59,616 nucleotides of DNA from Candidatus Undinarchaeota archaeon (GTDB taxonomy: Archaea; Undinarchaeota; Undinarchaeia; Undinarchaeales; UBA543). Under the pieces are notes generated by a model. The model was not told the origin of the DNA, did not search any database, and saw only the letters and a list, made by a program, of their open reading frames with translations. The stretch spans positions 7,004 to 66,619 of the forward strand of contig CAZMMZ010000006.1 in NCBI GenBank assembly GCA_964567575.1. The letters are read 5' to 3'. Made by a program: the position numbers and the translations under genes. Shown in pieces: positions 28,317-37,000 of the stretch (positions within the stretch are counted from its first letter, which is position 1; the number at the start of each line of letters is the position of its first letter).

Positions 28317-29089
28317 AATTCCAAAAGTTTGGATTGATCTTTCACAATTCCTAGTTTACCCTCGTTAATTTTTTCGATACTAGGATCAAGTTTTGCAAAT
28401 TCTAATTTATGACGATTAAGCATTTCTTTTGCATTTGGACTAATTGAGGGTGCGCAAAGAATTCCGCGAACTTTTTCTTTTTTCCCTTTCTGTCGCTTGA
28501 TTTCCTTAACATAACGATTAAGTTGCATCACTTCATTGATTCCAGCTGTACGCCGCTTTAATTCAATAACAACGAAATTATCATTCTTATCTTTGCAATA
28601 GATATCAATTGCACCAGGAATAATATGCTTCTCTTTATCTTCCAATTTCAGCCCAGGTTCAATTAATTCTGGCTGAGCAAGAACAAGTTTTGAAAGATCT
28701 TTTTCTCTACCCATAACTTCAATATCATTCCCATCAACAAGATTAAATGATCCTAAAAAATTAATTTTAGAAAAATTTGCTTTCAAATGATCATTGTCTT
28801 TTTTCTTTAATGACTCAATAATAAGTTGTTTATTTTGATCAAGATACGCTTTGATCTCACATCCAGCAGTTTGATAATTCACAGGGGCGTGGCGATCTTT
28901 CTTATGAATTGTAAGAGAACGATCTTCTTTAATCATAAGCAAGCGCTCACCCTCACCCATCTTTGAACTTGCCCTTCCAATGTAATCAACAGTACAATTT
29001 CCAACAACTAAAAGAAATCGTTTGTTCTGAATTTCATTAGAAATTAACTTTACAGATTCTTTTAAGGTTGGGTTATTCAAAATATTCAT
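28313..29089 (-). CDS. nucS: Mismatch endonuclease NucS/EndoMS
   Basis: C.VDY.GRA.S, PVNYQ, E.DL....P..IE.G and ID...D....VVIELKRR..G...V.QL.RY motifs. Confidence 0.95.
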   Translation of the reverse strand: MNILNNPTLKESVKLISNEIQNKRFLLVVGNCTVDYIGRASSKMGEGERLLMIKEDRSLTIHKKDRHAPVNYQTAGCEIKAYLDQNKQLIIESLKKKDNDHLKANFSKINFLGSFNLVDGNDIEVMGREKDLSKLVLAQPELIEPGLKLEDKEKHIIPGAIDIYCKDKNDNFVVIELKRRTAGINEVMQLNRYVKEIKRQKGKKEKVRGILCAPSISPNAKEMLNRHKLEFAKLDPSIEKINEGKLGIVKDQSKLLEF

Positions 29090-29167
29090 TGATTTAACTA
29101 AAGCGTTTAATTTATATATAGGTAATGTTAAGATAAGCCCTCTATATTTGAGGAGGAGAACAAAAAA

Positions 29168-29494
29168 ATGATTACAGACGAAGACACTAATATTGAAGAA
29201 CAAAAAACAGAGGAAGTTGCTACTGAAGAAGCAGCTCCTGAAGAAACTACAGAGGAAGCCCCTGTAGAAGACGCACCAGCAGAAGAATCAGAAGAAGCTC
29301 CAGCTGAAGAAGCAACTGAAGAAGCTCCAGCAGAGGAAGAAGCCCCTGCAGAAGAAGCAACTGAAGAAGCTCCAGCAGAGGAAGAAGCCCCTGCAGAAGA
29401 GGAAGAAAAGAAAGAAGAAACCTCTGAAGAAGAAGCACCAGCTGAAGAAGAAAAGAAAGAAGAAGATTGCGCTGGTTGCAGTGGTTGCGACTAA
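29168..29494 (+). CDS. Acidic Glu/Ala/Pro repeat protein with C-terminal CxxCxxC
   Basis: 108 aa; GAGGAG upstream; codon pattern consistent with coding; ends in CAGCSGCD. Confidence 0.75.
   Translation: MITDEDTNIEEQKTEEVATEEAAPEETTEEAPVEDAPAEESEEAPAEEATEEAPAEEEAPAEEATEEAPAEEEAPAEEEEKKEETSEEEAPAEEEKKEEDCAGCSGCD
29306..29395 (+). repeat. Perfect 45-bp tandem duplication (EEATEEAPAEEEAPA x2)
   Basis: 29306-29350 is identical to 29351-29395. Confidence 0.9.
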
Positions 29495-29566
29495 AAATTA
29501 ATATTCATACCTGCGGCTAAATGTCGTGGGTAAAATTTCTTTTTTTAAAAAAATAAAATTTAAGCT

Positions 29567-30058
29567 TTAATCAGCTTGAGCTTCAGCAATAGGTTCAGCT
29601 TCTGCTTCAACCGCTTCCGGTTTTGGAGCTTCAGGAGCTTTTTGAATTTTTGGCTCGGGTGTTTTTGGAGTTGCATCTGCTGAAACTAGAATAGCATTAA
29701 TTGTTCCAGTTTGACCTGGACGACTTGTAACTTTAGCAGATCCTGCACTTGTTTCAATAATTGCACCCTTTGTTATAGTGTTTCTTCGAACAAAGTGGGG
29801 ATTTGCAGGATTTTCTTTAACTGTTTTGATTTCTGCTTTCTGATATTTTTTTGTTTTTGGATCAAGAACATTAGCTTCTTTCAAAAGAAGAGCTCGAGCT
29901 TTAAGATTTCCACCCTGACCTCGGACATTCTTTGTTTTCTTGTCACCGATTGTGACTTCTAGTAACTCGCTTCCGAGTTGAGCTTTTCTTTTGCCCTTTA
30001 GATGATGGTACTTTCCACCAGTGCTTTTTCTTTTTGAATACGCTTGTAGTTTAGCCAT
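29567..30058 (-). CDS. rps8e: 30S ribosomal protein eS8 with Pro/Glu/Ala tail
   Basis: RKSTGGK, VRGQGGN and RRN.ITKGAII.T..G.AKVTSRPGQ.G.INA motifs. Confidence 0.97.
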   Translation of the reverse strand: MAKLQAYSKRKSTGGKYHHLKGKRKAQLGSELLEVTIGDKKTKNVRGQGGNLKARALLLKEANVLDPKTKKYQKAEIKTVKENPANPHFVRRNTITKGAIIETSAGSAKVTSRPGQTGTINAILVSADATPKTPEPKIQKAPEAPKPEAVEAEAEPIAEAQAD

Positions 30059-30100
30059 AGAAGTGAAATAATACACATTGTTTGATGTATATAAAGTTAA

Positions 30101-30177
30101 TGGTGGGCCCGAAGGGATTTGAACCCTCAACCTAGTGATTAAGAGTCACTCGCTCTACCAGCTTGAGCCACGGGCCC
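30101..30177 (-). tRNA. tRNA-Lys(CTT), CCA encoded
   Basis: GGGCCCG acceptor stem; AGTGA-CTCTTAA-TCACT anticodon arm. Confidence 0.96.
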
Positions 30178-30244
30178 GATATTATTGTTAGCTGTTAGCT
30201 AACAGATTTTAAATCTTAAAAACTTAACGCCTATGCAAAGGCGA

Positions 30245-30499
30245 TCACTTCTTTGCCTTTCTTTGCTTAATCCGAGCTGCTACTTGTTTCTTAACACTAC
30301 CAAAGCGTTGTGTTATTGCCAAACGTTTTGACATCTTAACTGAACGACTCTGACTTTTCCTACGACGTGAGCTGTTTCCATAGCCGCAACTAGAGCAGAC
30401 TTTGTGTTTCTTGTGATATGAAATTTTACCGCAACGTCGGCACTTGATATGGGATTTTCCCTTATTGTGCTTTCCGAAACTTGGTGTTCCCTTACTCAT
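30245..30499 (-). CDS. rpl37e: 50S ribosomal protein eL37 with C-terminal extension
   Basis: [16 protein letters not shown]....CSSCGYG motifs. Confidence 0.96.
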   Translation of the reverse strand: MSKGTPSFGKHNKGKSHIKCRRCGKISYHKKHKVCSSCGYGNSSRRRKSQSRSVKMSKRLAITQRFGSVKKQVAARIKQRKAKK

Positions 30500-30501
30500 T
30501 T

Positions 30502-30717
30502 TTATTTCTCTCTATTTGATATGAAAATGATGCTATCTCCTCTTACAAGAAGTTTTCCTATTGATTTATCTCCTTGCTTTGCATCTTCAATCACAAGATT
30601 CATGTGCGCATCAAAAGCATACAACACACCTGTGATTTCTTCGCCTTCTTTTAACTTAATAAGAATTGAGTTATCTAGCAATTCATTAAGCAAATCAAAG
30701 GGTCTTCGTTCACTCAT
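30502..30717 (-). CDS. Sm-like archaeal protein (Lsm/SmAP)
   Basis: RPFDLL, G.L.AFD.HMNLV and VRGDSI motifs; adjacent to rpl37e. Confidence 0.95.
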   Translation of the reverse strand: MSERRPFDLLNELLDNSILIKLKEGEEITGVLYAFDAHMNLVIEDAKQGDKSIGKLLVRGDSIIFISNREK

Positions 30718-30756
30718 AGCTCTGATTTATTCGAGGATTGCTATATAAAGATTCCG

Positions 30757-31299
30757 TTACTTCCTTTTCTTACTTTTTTTTGATCCTTTACCCAAAAGCT
30801 GCTTAACATCCCTCTCAACAGTTCGAATAGATTTAGCTGAATGTTTATCTAATTCATAATCAGCACGAACTGTCTTAATAAGATCTTTAATAATTTCCAA
30901 ATCTTTTTGCATATCTGCAATTTCTTTTTCTGCTTTCCGATTAACAGCATAGTCATATTCAAAACGTTTTCGATCTTTCTCTGTCTGCCGGTTTTGACTC
31001 ATAAGAATAACTGGTGCTTGGAATGCAGCAAGACATGATAAAAATAAATTAAGTAAAATAAATGGATATGGATCAAAGGCCCCGAATTTCAAAAATTTCA
31101 CAAGGAAAAACGCATTAATTGCAACCCAAATAACAAGAAAAGAAAAAAAAGTAAATAGGAATCCCCAAGAACCCATTGCTCCTGTCATTTTATCTGATGC
31201 TCGTTGACCAAACGTGCGTTTTGGTTTAAAAGGACCTTTTGATTCACTTTGCATAATAACCAATTTATGTTCTTTTGCAGGAACTAATTTTTCAGTCAT
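30757..31299 (-). CDS. DUF1003-family membrane protein
   Basis: GSW.F, FDPYPFILLNLFLSCLAAFQAPVILMSQNRQ motifs. Confidence 0.9.
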   Translation of the reverse strand: MTEKLVPAKEHKLVIMQSESKGPFKPKRTFGQRASDKMTGAMGSWGFLFTFFSFLVIWVAINAFFLVKFLKFGAFDPYPFILLNLFLSCLAAFQAPVILMSQNRQTEKDRKRFEYDYAVNRKAEKEIADMQKDLEIIKDLIKTVRADYELDKHSAKSIRTVERDVKQLLGKGSKKSKKRK

Positions 31300-31344
31300 A
31301 AACGGAATAACAATTTCTGGTTTAAATAGTTTTAGAAAAAAGAG

Positions 31345-31417
31345 AGCCTCGAGGGAGAATTGAACTCCCGACCTTTCGCTTACAAGGCGAACGCTCTACC
31401 GACTGAGCTATCGAGGC
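31345..31417 (-). tRNA. tRNA-Thr(TGT)
   Basis: GCCTCGA acceptor stem; TTCGC-CTTGTAA-GCGAA anticodon arm. Confidence 0.95.
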
Positions 31418-31420
31418 AGA

Positions 31421-31549
31421 TGGTGCCGACGGCGTGGATTGAACACACGACCTCCAGATAACTTAGCACCGAATAAGTCATTTCCCCTACAGGGATCATA
31501 ACTCATAAAGGCTTATGAGTCTGGCGCTCTACCGCTGAGCTACGTCGGC
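31421..31549 (-). tRNA. Elongator tRNA-Met(CAT) with 54-nt intron at 37/38 (31460-31513); CCA encoded
   Basis: G1-C72 acceptor stem GCCGACG; CCAGA-CTCATA|intron|A-TCTGG. Confidence 0.92.
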
Positions 31550-31639
31550 ACGTTATGAGGCAACTCAGCAGGACTTTTGGATTGGTTTATTTGTTTATAA
31601 GTTTTTCATATCGCAACTTTAATAACCTGAAGTAAAGTA

Positions 31640-32530
31640 ATGATTTTTATGAAGGCCTTAATAATTCAAAACCCAATGTCTGGTAGAAGCGATGAATTTA
31701 ATGATTCAGTAAAAGATATTTTCAAAAAAGCTAATATTAACATTGAAATAAAAGAAACAACAGCAATTGGGGAAGGTATAAAACTTGCAAAAAGCGCTAT
31801 CGGTAGATATGATATTGTAATTGCTGCTGGAGGAGATGGGACTGTTAATGAAGTAATCAACGGAATTATTGGGAAGAAAATAAAACTGGGAATATTACCT
31901 CTTGGAACTGAGAATTCTGTTTCTAAAGAACTAGGAATTCCTGAAAACTGCAAAAAAGCAGCTAAGATTATTGCACAAGGAAAATCAATTAAATTTGACA
32001 TTGGTTCACTTGAAAATTCAAAAGGAAAACGGTATTTTGCTTTGGTCGCTGGTGTTGGTTTTGATGCTGCAATTGCTGCTGATTTAACACCACATCTTAA
32101 GAAAATGCTGCACGGAGCTGCATATCTTTTAGAAGGATTGAAAGAACTTGTAGAATACAAGAAACACAAAATGATTGTTAAAATTGATGATAAAGAAGAG
32201 CTGGAAGGATATTTTGCAATTATTGGAAATGTAAAATATTATGGAATGGGTTTAGAAATGACACCAGAAGCAGATCCAACAAGTGGAAAATTGGATTTAA
32301 TTTTATTTAAGAAAGAAAATATTTTTGAAATGTTGAAATATGGAGTTCATGCACTTTTACACAATATTGACAAATACAAAGATGTTGAATATAGAAAATT
32401 TAAAAAAGCTGTTATTGATTCTGAAGGAGATGTGCTTGTACATGCTGATTCCGAGCTTGCTGGAGGAACACCAGTAACTTTCCAAGTTCATAAAAATGCA
32501 GTTGAAGTATTTTACAAAGAAATGCAGTAA
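31640..32530 (+). CDS. Diacylglycerol/lipid kinase, YegS/DgkB family
   Basis: NPMSG, AAGGDGTVNEV.NG, LPLGT.N and G.GFDA motifs. Confidence 0.93.
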   Translation: MIFMKALIIQNPMSGRSDEFNDSVKDIFKKANINIEIKETTAIGEGIKLAKSAIGRYDIVIAAGGDGTVNEVINGIIGKKIKLGILPLGTENSVSKELGIPENCKKAAKIIAQGKSIKFDIGSLENSKGKRYFALVAGVGFDAAIAADLTPHLKKMLHGAAYLLEGLKELVEYKKHKMIVKIDDKEELEGYFAIIGNVKYYGMGLEMTPEADPTSGKLDLILFKKENIFEMLKYGVHALLHNIDKYKDVEYRKFKKAVIDSEGDVLVHADSELAGGTPVTFQVHKNAVEVFYKEMQ

Positions 32531-32566
32531 ACTAACCTTTTTAAACTTTATTTGATTAACACAAGT

Positions 32567-33628
32567 ATGCGAAAAAAGAATATCTTAATATTTGGTGTTG
32601 GACTTTTAGTGCTTTTCTTATTTTTTAAATTTTTAAGAGGAAGTGGATTTAGTGTAGTTTTAAAAAATGCAAACTTTTGGTTAGTAGGACTTGCATTTTC
32701 ACTTAATTTTGTAATGATAGGTTTGTGGACCTGGCGATGGGATGTTGTTCTCAAAGAAATGAAATACAAACTAAAATTTGTTTGGCTTTATTTAGCAACA
32801 CTTGTTGGTAATTTTGGAGATACAATAAGTCCGGGAGCAAGAATGGGAGGAGAACCATTCAGAGCGTATATTGTTGAGAAAAAACATAAAGATACTAGAA
32901 TTGATGACCTGGCAGCATCACTTGTTCTTGAACGAATTTACAATACAAGTGTCTTTTTTGCAATAGCAACAATCTCAATAATATTTATTTTATTTAGTTT
33001 TGCATTTTCATTTAAATTACATGGACTACTGATACTGATTTTAGTACTTTCAGGTGGTTTGATGGTTTTAATTTTCTATGGAATTTTTAAAACAAAAAAA
33101 GGAATTATTCTTCTTGAAAAAATTGCTGATTTTGTAATGAGACTTCTTGAACATACGCACTTTTTTAGATATTTTGAAAAGAAACACGGGGGCAAAAAAA
33201 GAATTCAAAGAATTTTTGATGTGCATGTTAGAAAATTCTTTAAAGATCTTTCAAGCTTTGGGAAAGAGAAAGGATTATGGACAAAAGGTGCGGCAATTTC
33301 CTTGCTTTATTGGTTTGTAATATTTTTACAAGCATATCTTTGCTTTATGGCAGTTGGAGTAAAAATTTCATTTTTAGGAGTTATTGCAATTATATCAATT
33401 TCTAGCATGGCAGGAATTGTTACATTACTGCCTAGCGGAATTGGAGTAACTGAAATTATACAAACATCTCTTGCACTTTTATTTGGAATAAATCTAGGAG
33501 AAGCTGGGGCAGCAATTCTTTTAGTTCGTGGTAATTATTATTTATTTGGAATATTTGTTGGATATATTACATTATTAATTATAACAAAAGGTAAAGGACA
33601 CAAAGTAGTGCATAAACATTTAAAATAA
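32567..33628 (+). CDS. UPF0104 / LPG-synthase-TM flippase-like membrane protein
   Basis: RW..VL, PGARMGGEP.RAY, ER and PSGIG.TE motifs; multi-TM. Confidence 0.88.
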   Translation: MRKKNILIFGVGLLVLFLFFKFLRGSGFSVVLKNANFWLVGLAFSLNFVMIGLWTWRWDVVLKEMKYKLKFVWLYLATLVGNFGDTISPGARMGGEPFRAYIVEKKHKDTRIDDLAASLVLERIYNTSVFFAIATISIIFILFSFAFSFKLHGLLILILVLSGGLMVLIFYGIFKTKKGIILLEKIADFVMRLLEHTHFFRYFEKKHGGKKRIQRIFDVHVRKFFKDLSSFGKEKGLWTKGAAISLLYWFVIFLQAYLCFMAVGVKISFLGVIAIISISSMAGIVTLLPSGIGVTEIIQTSLALLFGINLGEAGAAILLVRGNYYLFGIFVGYITLLIITKGKGHKVVHKHLK

Positions 33629-33632
33629 AAAG

Positions 33633-33740
33633 TGGTCCCCTCTGCGGGATTTGAACCTGCAGCCTGTCGGTTTCCATACACAAGTGAAATCACTTGTATC
33701 CGTTCTACAGCCGACCGCTCTACCGTTGAGCTAAGAGGGG
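33633..33740 (-). tRNA. tRNA-Tyr(GTA) with 33-nt intron at 37/38 (33672-33704); CCA encoded
   Basis: C1-G72 archaeal Tyr identity pair; GTCGG-CTGTAG|intron|A-CCGAC; intron folds into a bulge-helix-bulge with an ACAAGTGA/TCACTTGT hairpin. Confidence 0.95.
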
Positions 33741-33838
33741 TAACAAATACAGGTTTGTAATTAAACTACCAGTATATAAAAATAATCATTTGAGCGAAAA
33801 GAACAACATATAAAAACAAGAGAAGATTATGCTCGATT

Positions 33839-35557
33839 ATGTTTGAAAATGTCTTTGTAGAACTTAGTATCTTGATCCTTATTGTTGTTGGTGTTTCGGG
33901 ACTAATGCGATTATTGAAACAGCCACTCATCATAGGTTATATTTTTTCAGGGCTTCTTGTAAGTCCATCAATCTTTAACATTGTAGGTTCAGCAGATGCT
34001 ATAACAACATTTGCAGAAATCGGCGTAGCATTCCTATTATTTATGGTTGGACTTAATCTAAATTTAAAAGTAATAAAAGATGTTGGAAAAGTTGCTTTAG
34101 TAACGGGACTGGGACAAGTTGCATTTACTTCATCAATAAGTTTTGGACTTTGTCTCTTGTTTGGATTCGCAAAGATGACGGCGCTTTATGTTGCAATTGG
34201 AGTAACATTTAGTAGTACAATTATCGTGATGAAGCTTTTGGGAGATAAAAAAGAAACTGATTCGCTTTTTGGAAGGATAGCTATTGGATTCTTAATAGTT
34301 CAAGATATCTTTGCAATTTTCTTACTTATTTTCCTTTCATCATTTACTGGACAAGTTGATACAACTGGTTTTATTTTAAAAACACTATTAGGCGGCGTAG
34401 GATTGCTTGTTTCTCTTTACTTCCTTGCAGCATATGTTCTACCCCCAGTAACAAAAGCAATTGCAAAATCACAAGAATTCCTATTACTATTTTCAATTGG
34501 ATGGTGCATGGTGCTTGCAACAACATTCCACTACCTTAACTTTTCACTAGAAGCTGGAGCATTGCTTGCAGGAATAACACTTTCGATGTCTCCATATAGA
34601 TATGAAATAAGTTCAAGAATGAAACCACTTCGTGATTTCTTCTTAGTCATGTTTTTCGTTTTACTTGGAACAAGAATTGATTTATCCGCAATGTCTTCAT
34701 ACATCATTCCAATAATTGTTTTTTCAGCTTTTGTTTTAATTGGTGGCCCAATAATTATGATGTCAATAATGGGCTTTATGAATTATACAAAACGTAATAG
34801 TTTCTTAGTAGGAATTACAACCGCTCAGATAAGCGAATTCTCATTAATCTTAATTGCCCTTGGAGTAAAATTAGGACACTTGCCTGATGGCGTTTTATCA
34901 TTTATGACCATCATTGGTTTAATTACAATTGCAGGTTCATCATATTACATAATGTATTCAAAACCACTCTATGCAAAATTATCAAAATATTTGAAAATCT
35001 TTGAACGGCCAGGAAAGAAAATTGATGAACATAAATATCACAAAGAGAACAAGTATGATATTTACTTATTTGGTTATAATAGAATTGGATATGATATTTT
35101 GAATTCAATAAAGAAAACAGGAAAGAATTCGCTTGTTATCGATTACAACCCTGAAATAATAATTGATCTTGCAAAAAAAGGATATGAATGTAGATATGGT
35201 GATGCAAGCGATGCAGAACTTTTAGAAGAATTAAATTTCTGTGATGCAAAAATGGTAATCTCCACAATTCCAGATATTGATATTAATTTACTTTTACTTA
35301 GAGAATGTAAACAGAATAATAAAAATGCAATAATGATATTTGTCTCGCATGATATTGAAGAAGCAATGAAATTGTATGATGAAGGAGCTTCTTATGTTGT
35401 AATGCCTCACTTCTTAGGTGGACACCATGCTTCTGTAATGATTGAAGAACACGGCCTTAGCTTAAACAAATTCCTAAAAGAAAAAGTCAAACATATGCAA
35501 GATTTGAAACAACGAAAACATATACAACAAGATCATCCAACACATGTAGAGGATTAG
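33839..35557 (+). CDS. CPA2 cation:proton antiporter with TrkA-N/RCK domain (Kef-like)
   Basis: LLFMVGL, FSST.IV.K, QDI and QISEFS motifs; C-terminal FGYNRIG...YGDA. Confidence 0.92.
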   Translation: MFENVFVELSILILIVVGVSGLMRLLKQPLIIGYIFSGLLVSPSIFNIVGSADAITTFAEIGVAFLLFMVGLNLNLKVIKDVGKVALVTGLGQVAFTSSISFGLCLLFGFAKMTALYVAIGVTFSSTIIVMKLLGDKKETDSLFGRIAIGFLIVQDIFAIFLLIFLSSFTGQVDTTGFILKTLLGGVGLLVSLYFLAAYVLPPVTKAIAKSQEFLLLFSIGWCMVLATTFHYLNFSLEAGALLAGITLSMSPYRYEISSRMKPLRDFFLVMFFVLLGTRIDLSAMSSYIIPIIVFSAFVLIGGPIIMMSIMGFMNYTKRNSFLVGITTAQISEFSLILIALGVKLGHLPDGVLSFMTIIGLITIAGSSYYIMYSKPLYAKLSKYLKIFERPGKKIDEHKYHKENKYDIYLFGYNRIGYDILNSIKKTGKNSLVIDYNPEIIIDLAKKGYECRYGDASDAELLEELNFCDAKMVISTIPDIDINLLLLRECKQNNKNAIMIFVSHDIEEAMKLYDEGASYVVMPHFLGGHHASVMIEEHGLSLNKFLKEKVKHMQDLKQRKHIQQDHPTHVED

Positions 35558-36288
35558 ATTTTTCTAGCGAATATTAAGAATGCTGTATGGCCGATAGGTG
35601 CTGTTTTTGGCCTTGAACGATCATCTCCAGCTTCCCAAATTCTTTCAATTATTTCGCGAACCCAAATATCACTGAATTTTGTTAATGATTTTTTGAATTT
35701 AACAACTTGTTCAACAGTTGGACAATAACCAACAATAAATCCACCAGGTTTCAATGCTTTGTATGCACCAGGAACTGCTTGCGCAGGTGCACCCATATCT
35801 AGCATAACAATATCAACATCAGTTTCTTTGATTCCTTTTGTAACATCAGCATTTTTCAAATCAACATTAGTTACTTTACACCTTTCCAAATTTTTCTTTA
35901 CAATATTATGGAAATCTGTTCTAATTTCATAGGTGTGTACTTTCTTAACAATTGATGCCATAAAAATAGTCATTGCACCACTGCCGCCACCGGCTTCTAC
36001 AACAACATCAGTTTTACACATACCAGTATGCGCTGCGATAATTCCAGCATCCTTGAATGTAATTATTTGCGGTGCGCGCTTAATTTTCTTTAATTGATCA
36101 GGTAAACGTGGGAGAACAACTGTAAATTTCTCACCTTTATGAGTAGCTACTGAATCACCTGGCTTTAATTTGCGTATTGCTTTAAGGTCAAACATACCAT
36201 ACTCAGTACTGAATTGATCTTCATCAAGTTTGATAAGATATGTTCGTTTTCCTAATAATAAGACCTGATCTGTTTTCTTGAAAGTCAT
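35554..36288 (-). CDS. trmI: tRNA (adenine-N1)-methyltransferase TrmI
   Basis: KRAPQII..KDAG.I, VVEAGGGSGAMT and RP.....HTAFL motifs. Confidence 0.93.
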   Translation of the reverse strand: MTFKKTDQVLLLGKRTYLIKLDEDQFSTEYGMFDLKAIRKLKPGDSVATHKGEKFTVVLPRLPDQLKKIKRAPQIITFKDAGIIAAHTGMCKTDVVVEAGGGSGAMTIFMASIVKKVHTYEIRTDFHNIVKKNLERCKVTNVDLKNADVTKGIKETDVDIVMLDMGAPAQAVPGAYKALKPGGFIVGYCPTVEQVVKFKKSLTKFSDIWVREIIERIWEAGDDRSRPKTAPIGHTAFLIFARKI

Positions 36289-36563
36289 AGATTTAATTAT
36301 AGTTGTTAGTGTTTAAAAGGGTTTGTCTAAGGCAACTAAGAGTACTTCTTATAAACGTACTAGCCACCAACACCAATAATCAACACAAGCATCAATAGAC
36401 GAGATACTTATTATCCATAGTTAAATAATAAGTAAATTACTATAAAAACATTAGTTTTTCTAAAACTTTCTGATTTTCTCTAAAAACACACTAAAACATA
36501 TATTTTACAGTATAGGTATGACAAATGGAAAAGCTTAAATATGTAGATTTTCTCTAAAACAGA

Positions 36564-36681
36564 GTCTGACGGTCACAGCGGAGAGGTTCCACCCGATCCC
36601 ATTCCGAACTCGGAAGTTAAGCTCTCAAGCGATCTGTTGAGTACTGCGTTTTGACGTGGAAAAAATAGGACGCTGTCAGGC
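36564..36681 (+). rRNA. rrf: 5S rRNA, unlinked from 16S/23S
   Basis: Conserved CACCCGATCCCATTCCGAACTCGGAAGTTAAG core; terminal helix GTCTGAC/GTCAGGC. Confidence 0.95.
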
Positions 36682-36817
36682 ACTTTCATATCATGATTCC
36701 GGGAATCGCATTGGTGAGGTTTAAATTGTCATTTCTATCTAAAACTGATTAAATTTTTGAAACGTAGAAACAGCGTATGCTATAGACCACCTTCGCGATT
36801 TTTCAGAACCATATGAT

Positions 36818-36889
36818 GCCCCGGTAGTGTAGCGGTTATCATACGGCCCTGTCACGGCCGTGACGCGGGTTCGATTCCCGTCTGGGGCG
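36818..36889 (+). tRNA. tRNA-Asp(GTC)
   Basis: GCCCCGG acceptor stem; CGGCC-CTGTCAC-GGCCG anticodon arm. Confidence 0.96.
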
Positions 36890-36902
36890 CTCATCAAAAA
36901 AT

Positions 36903-36976
36903 GGACCCGTAGCTCAGGCTGGGAGAGCACTTGGCTTTTAACCAAGGGGTCGAGGGTTCAAATCCCTTCGGGTCCG
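36903..36976 (+). tRNA. tRNA-Lys(TTT)
   Basis: GGACCCG acceptor stem; CTTGG-CTTTTAA-CCAAG anticodon arm. Confidence 0.96.
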
Positions 36977-37000
36977 CTCATAATAACGAGGAAAACAAAA

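Noticed and set aside
29306-29400. Tandem repeat as a CRISPR array
   Set aside because: The copies are adjacent, in frame and have no spacers; this is a coding duplication.
29168-29494. Annotation as ribosomal stalk protein aP1/L12
   Set aside because: It lacks the N-terminal helical dimerisation domain and the C-terminal (G)L..LFG motif; only the acidic linker is similar.
31460-31513. Nested second intron or C/D guide RNA in the tRNA-Met intron
   Set aside because: I tested all seven cut registers across the AGTTAT repeat by eye and found no convincing bulge-helix-bulge. There is only a partial C-box-like ATGATC and no CTGA D box.
36686-36816. Spacer hairpin as SRP RNA or RNase P RNA
   Set aside because: No helix-8 GNRA loop or SRP54-binding internal loops, and no RNase P conserved regions.
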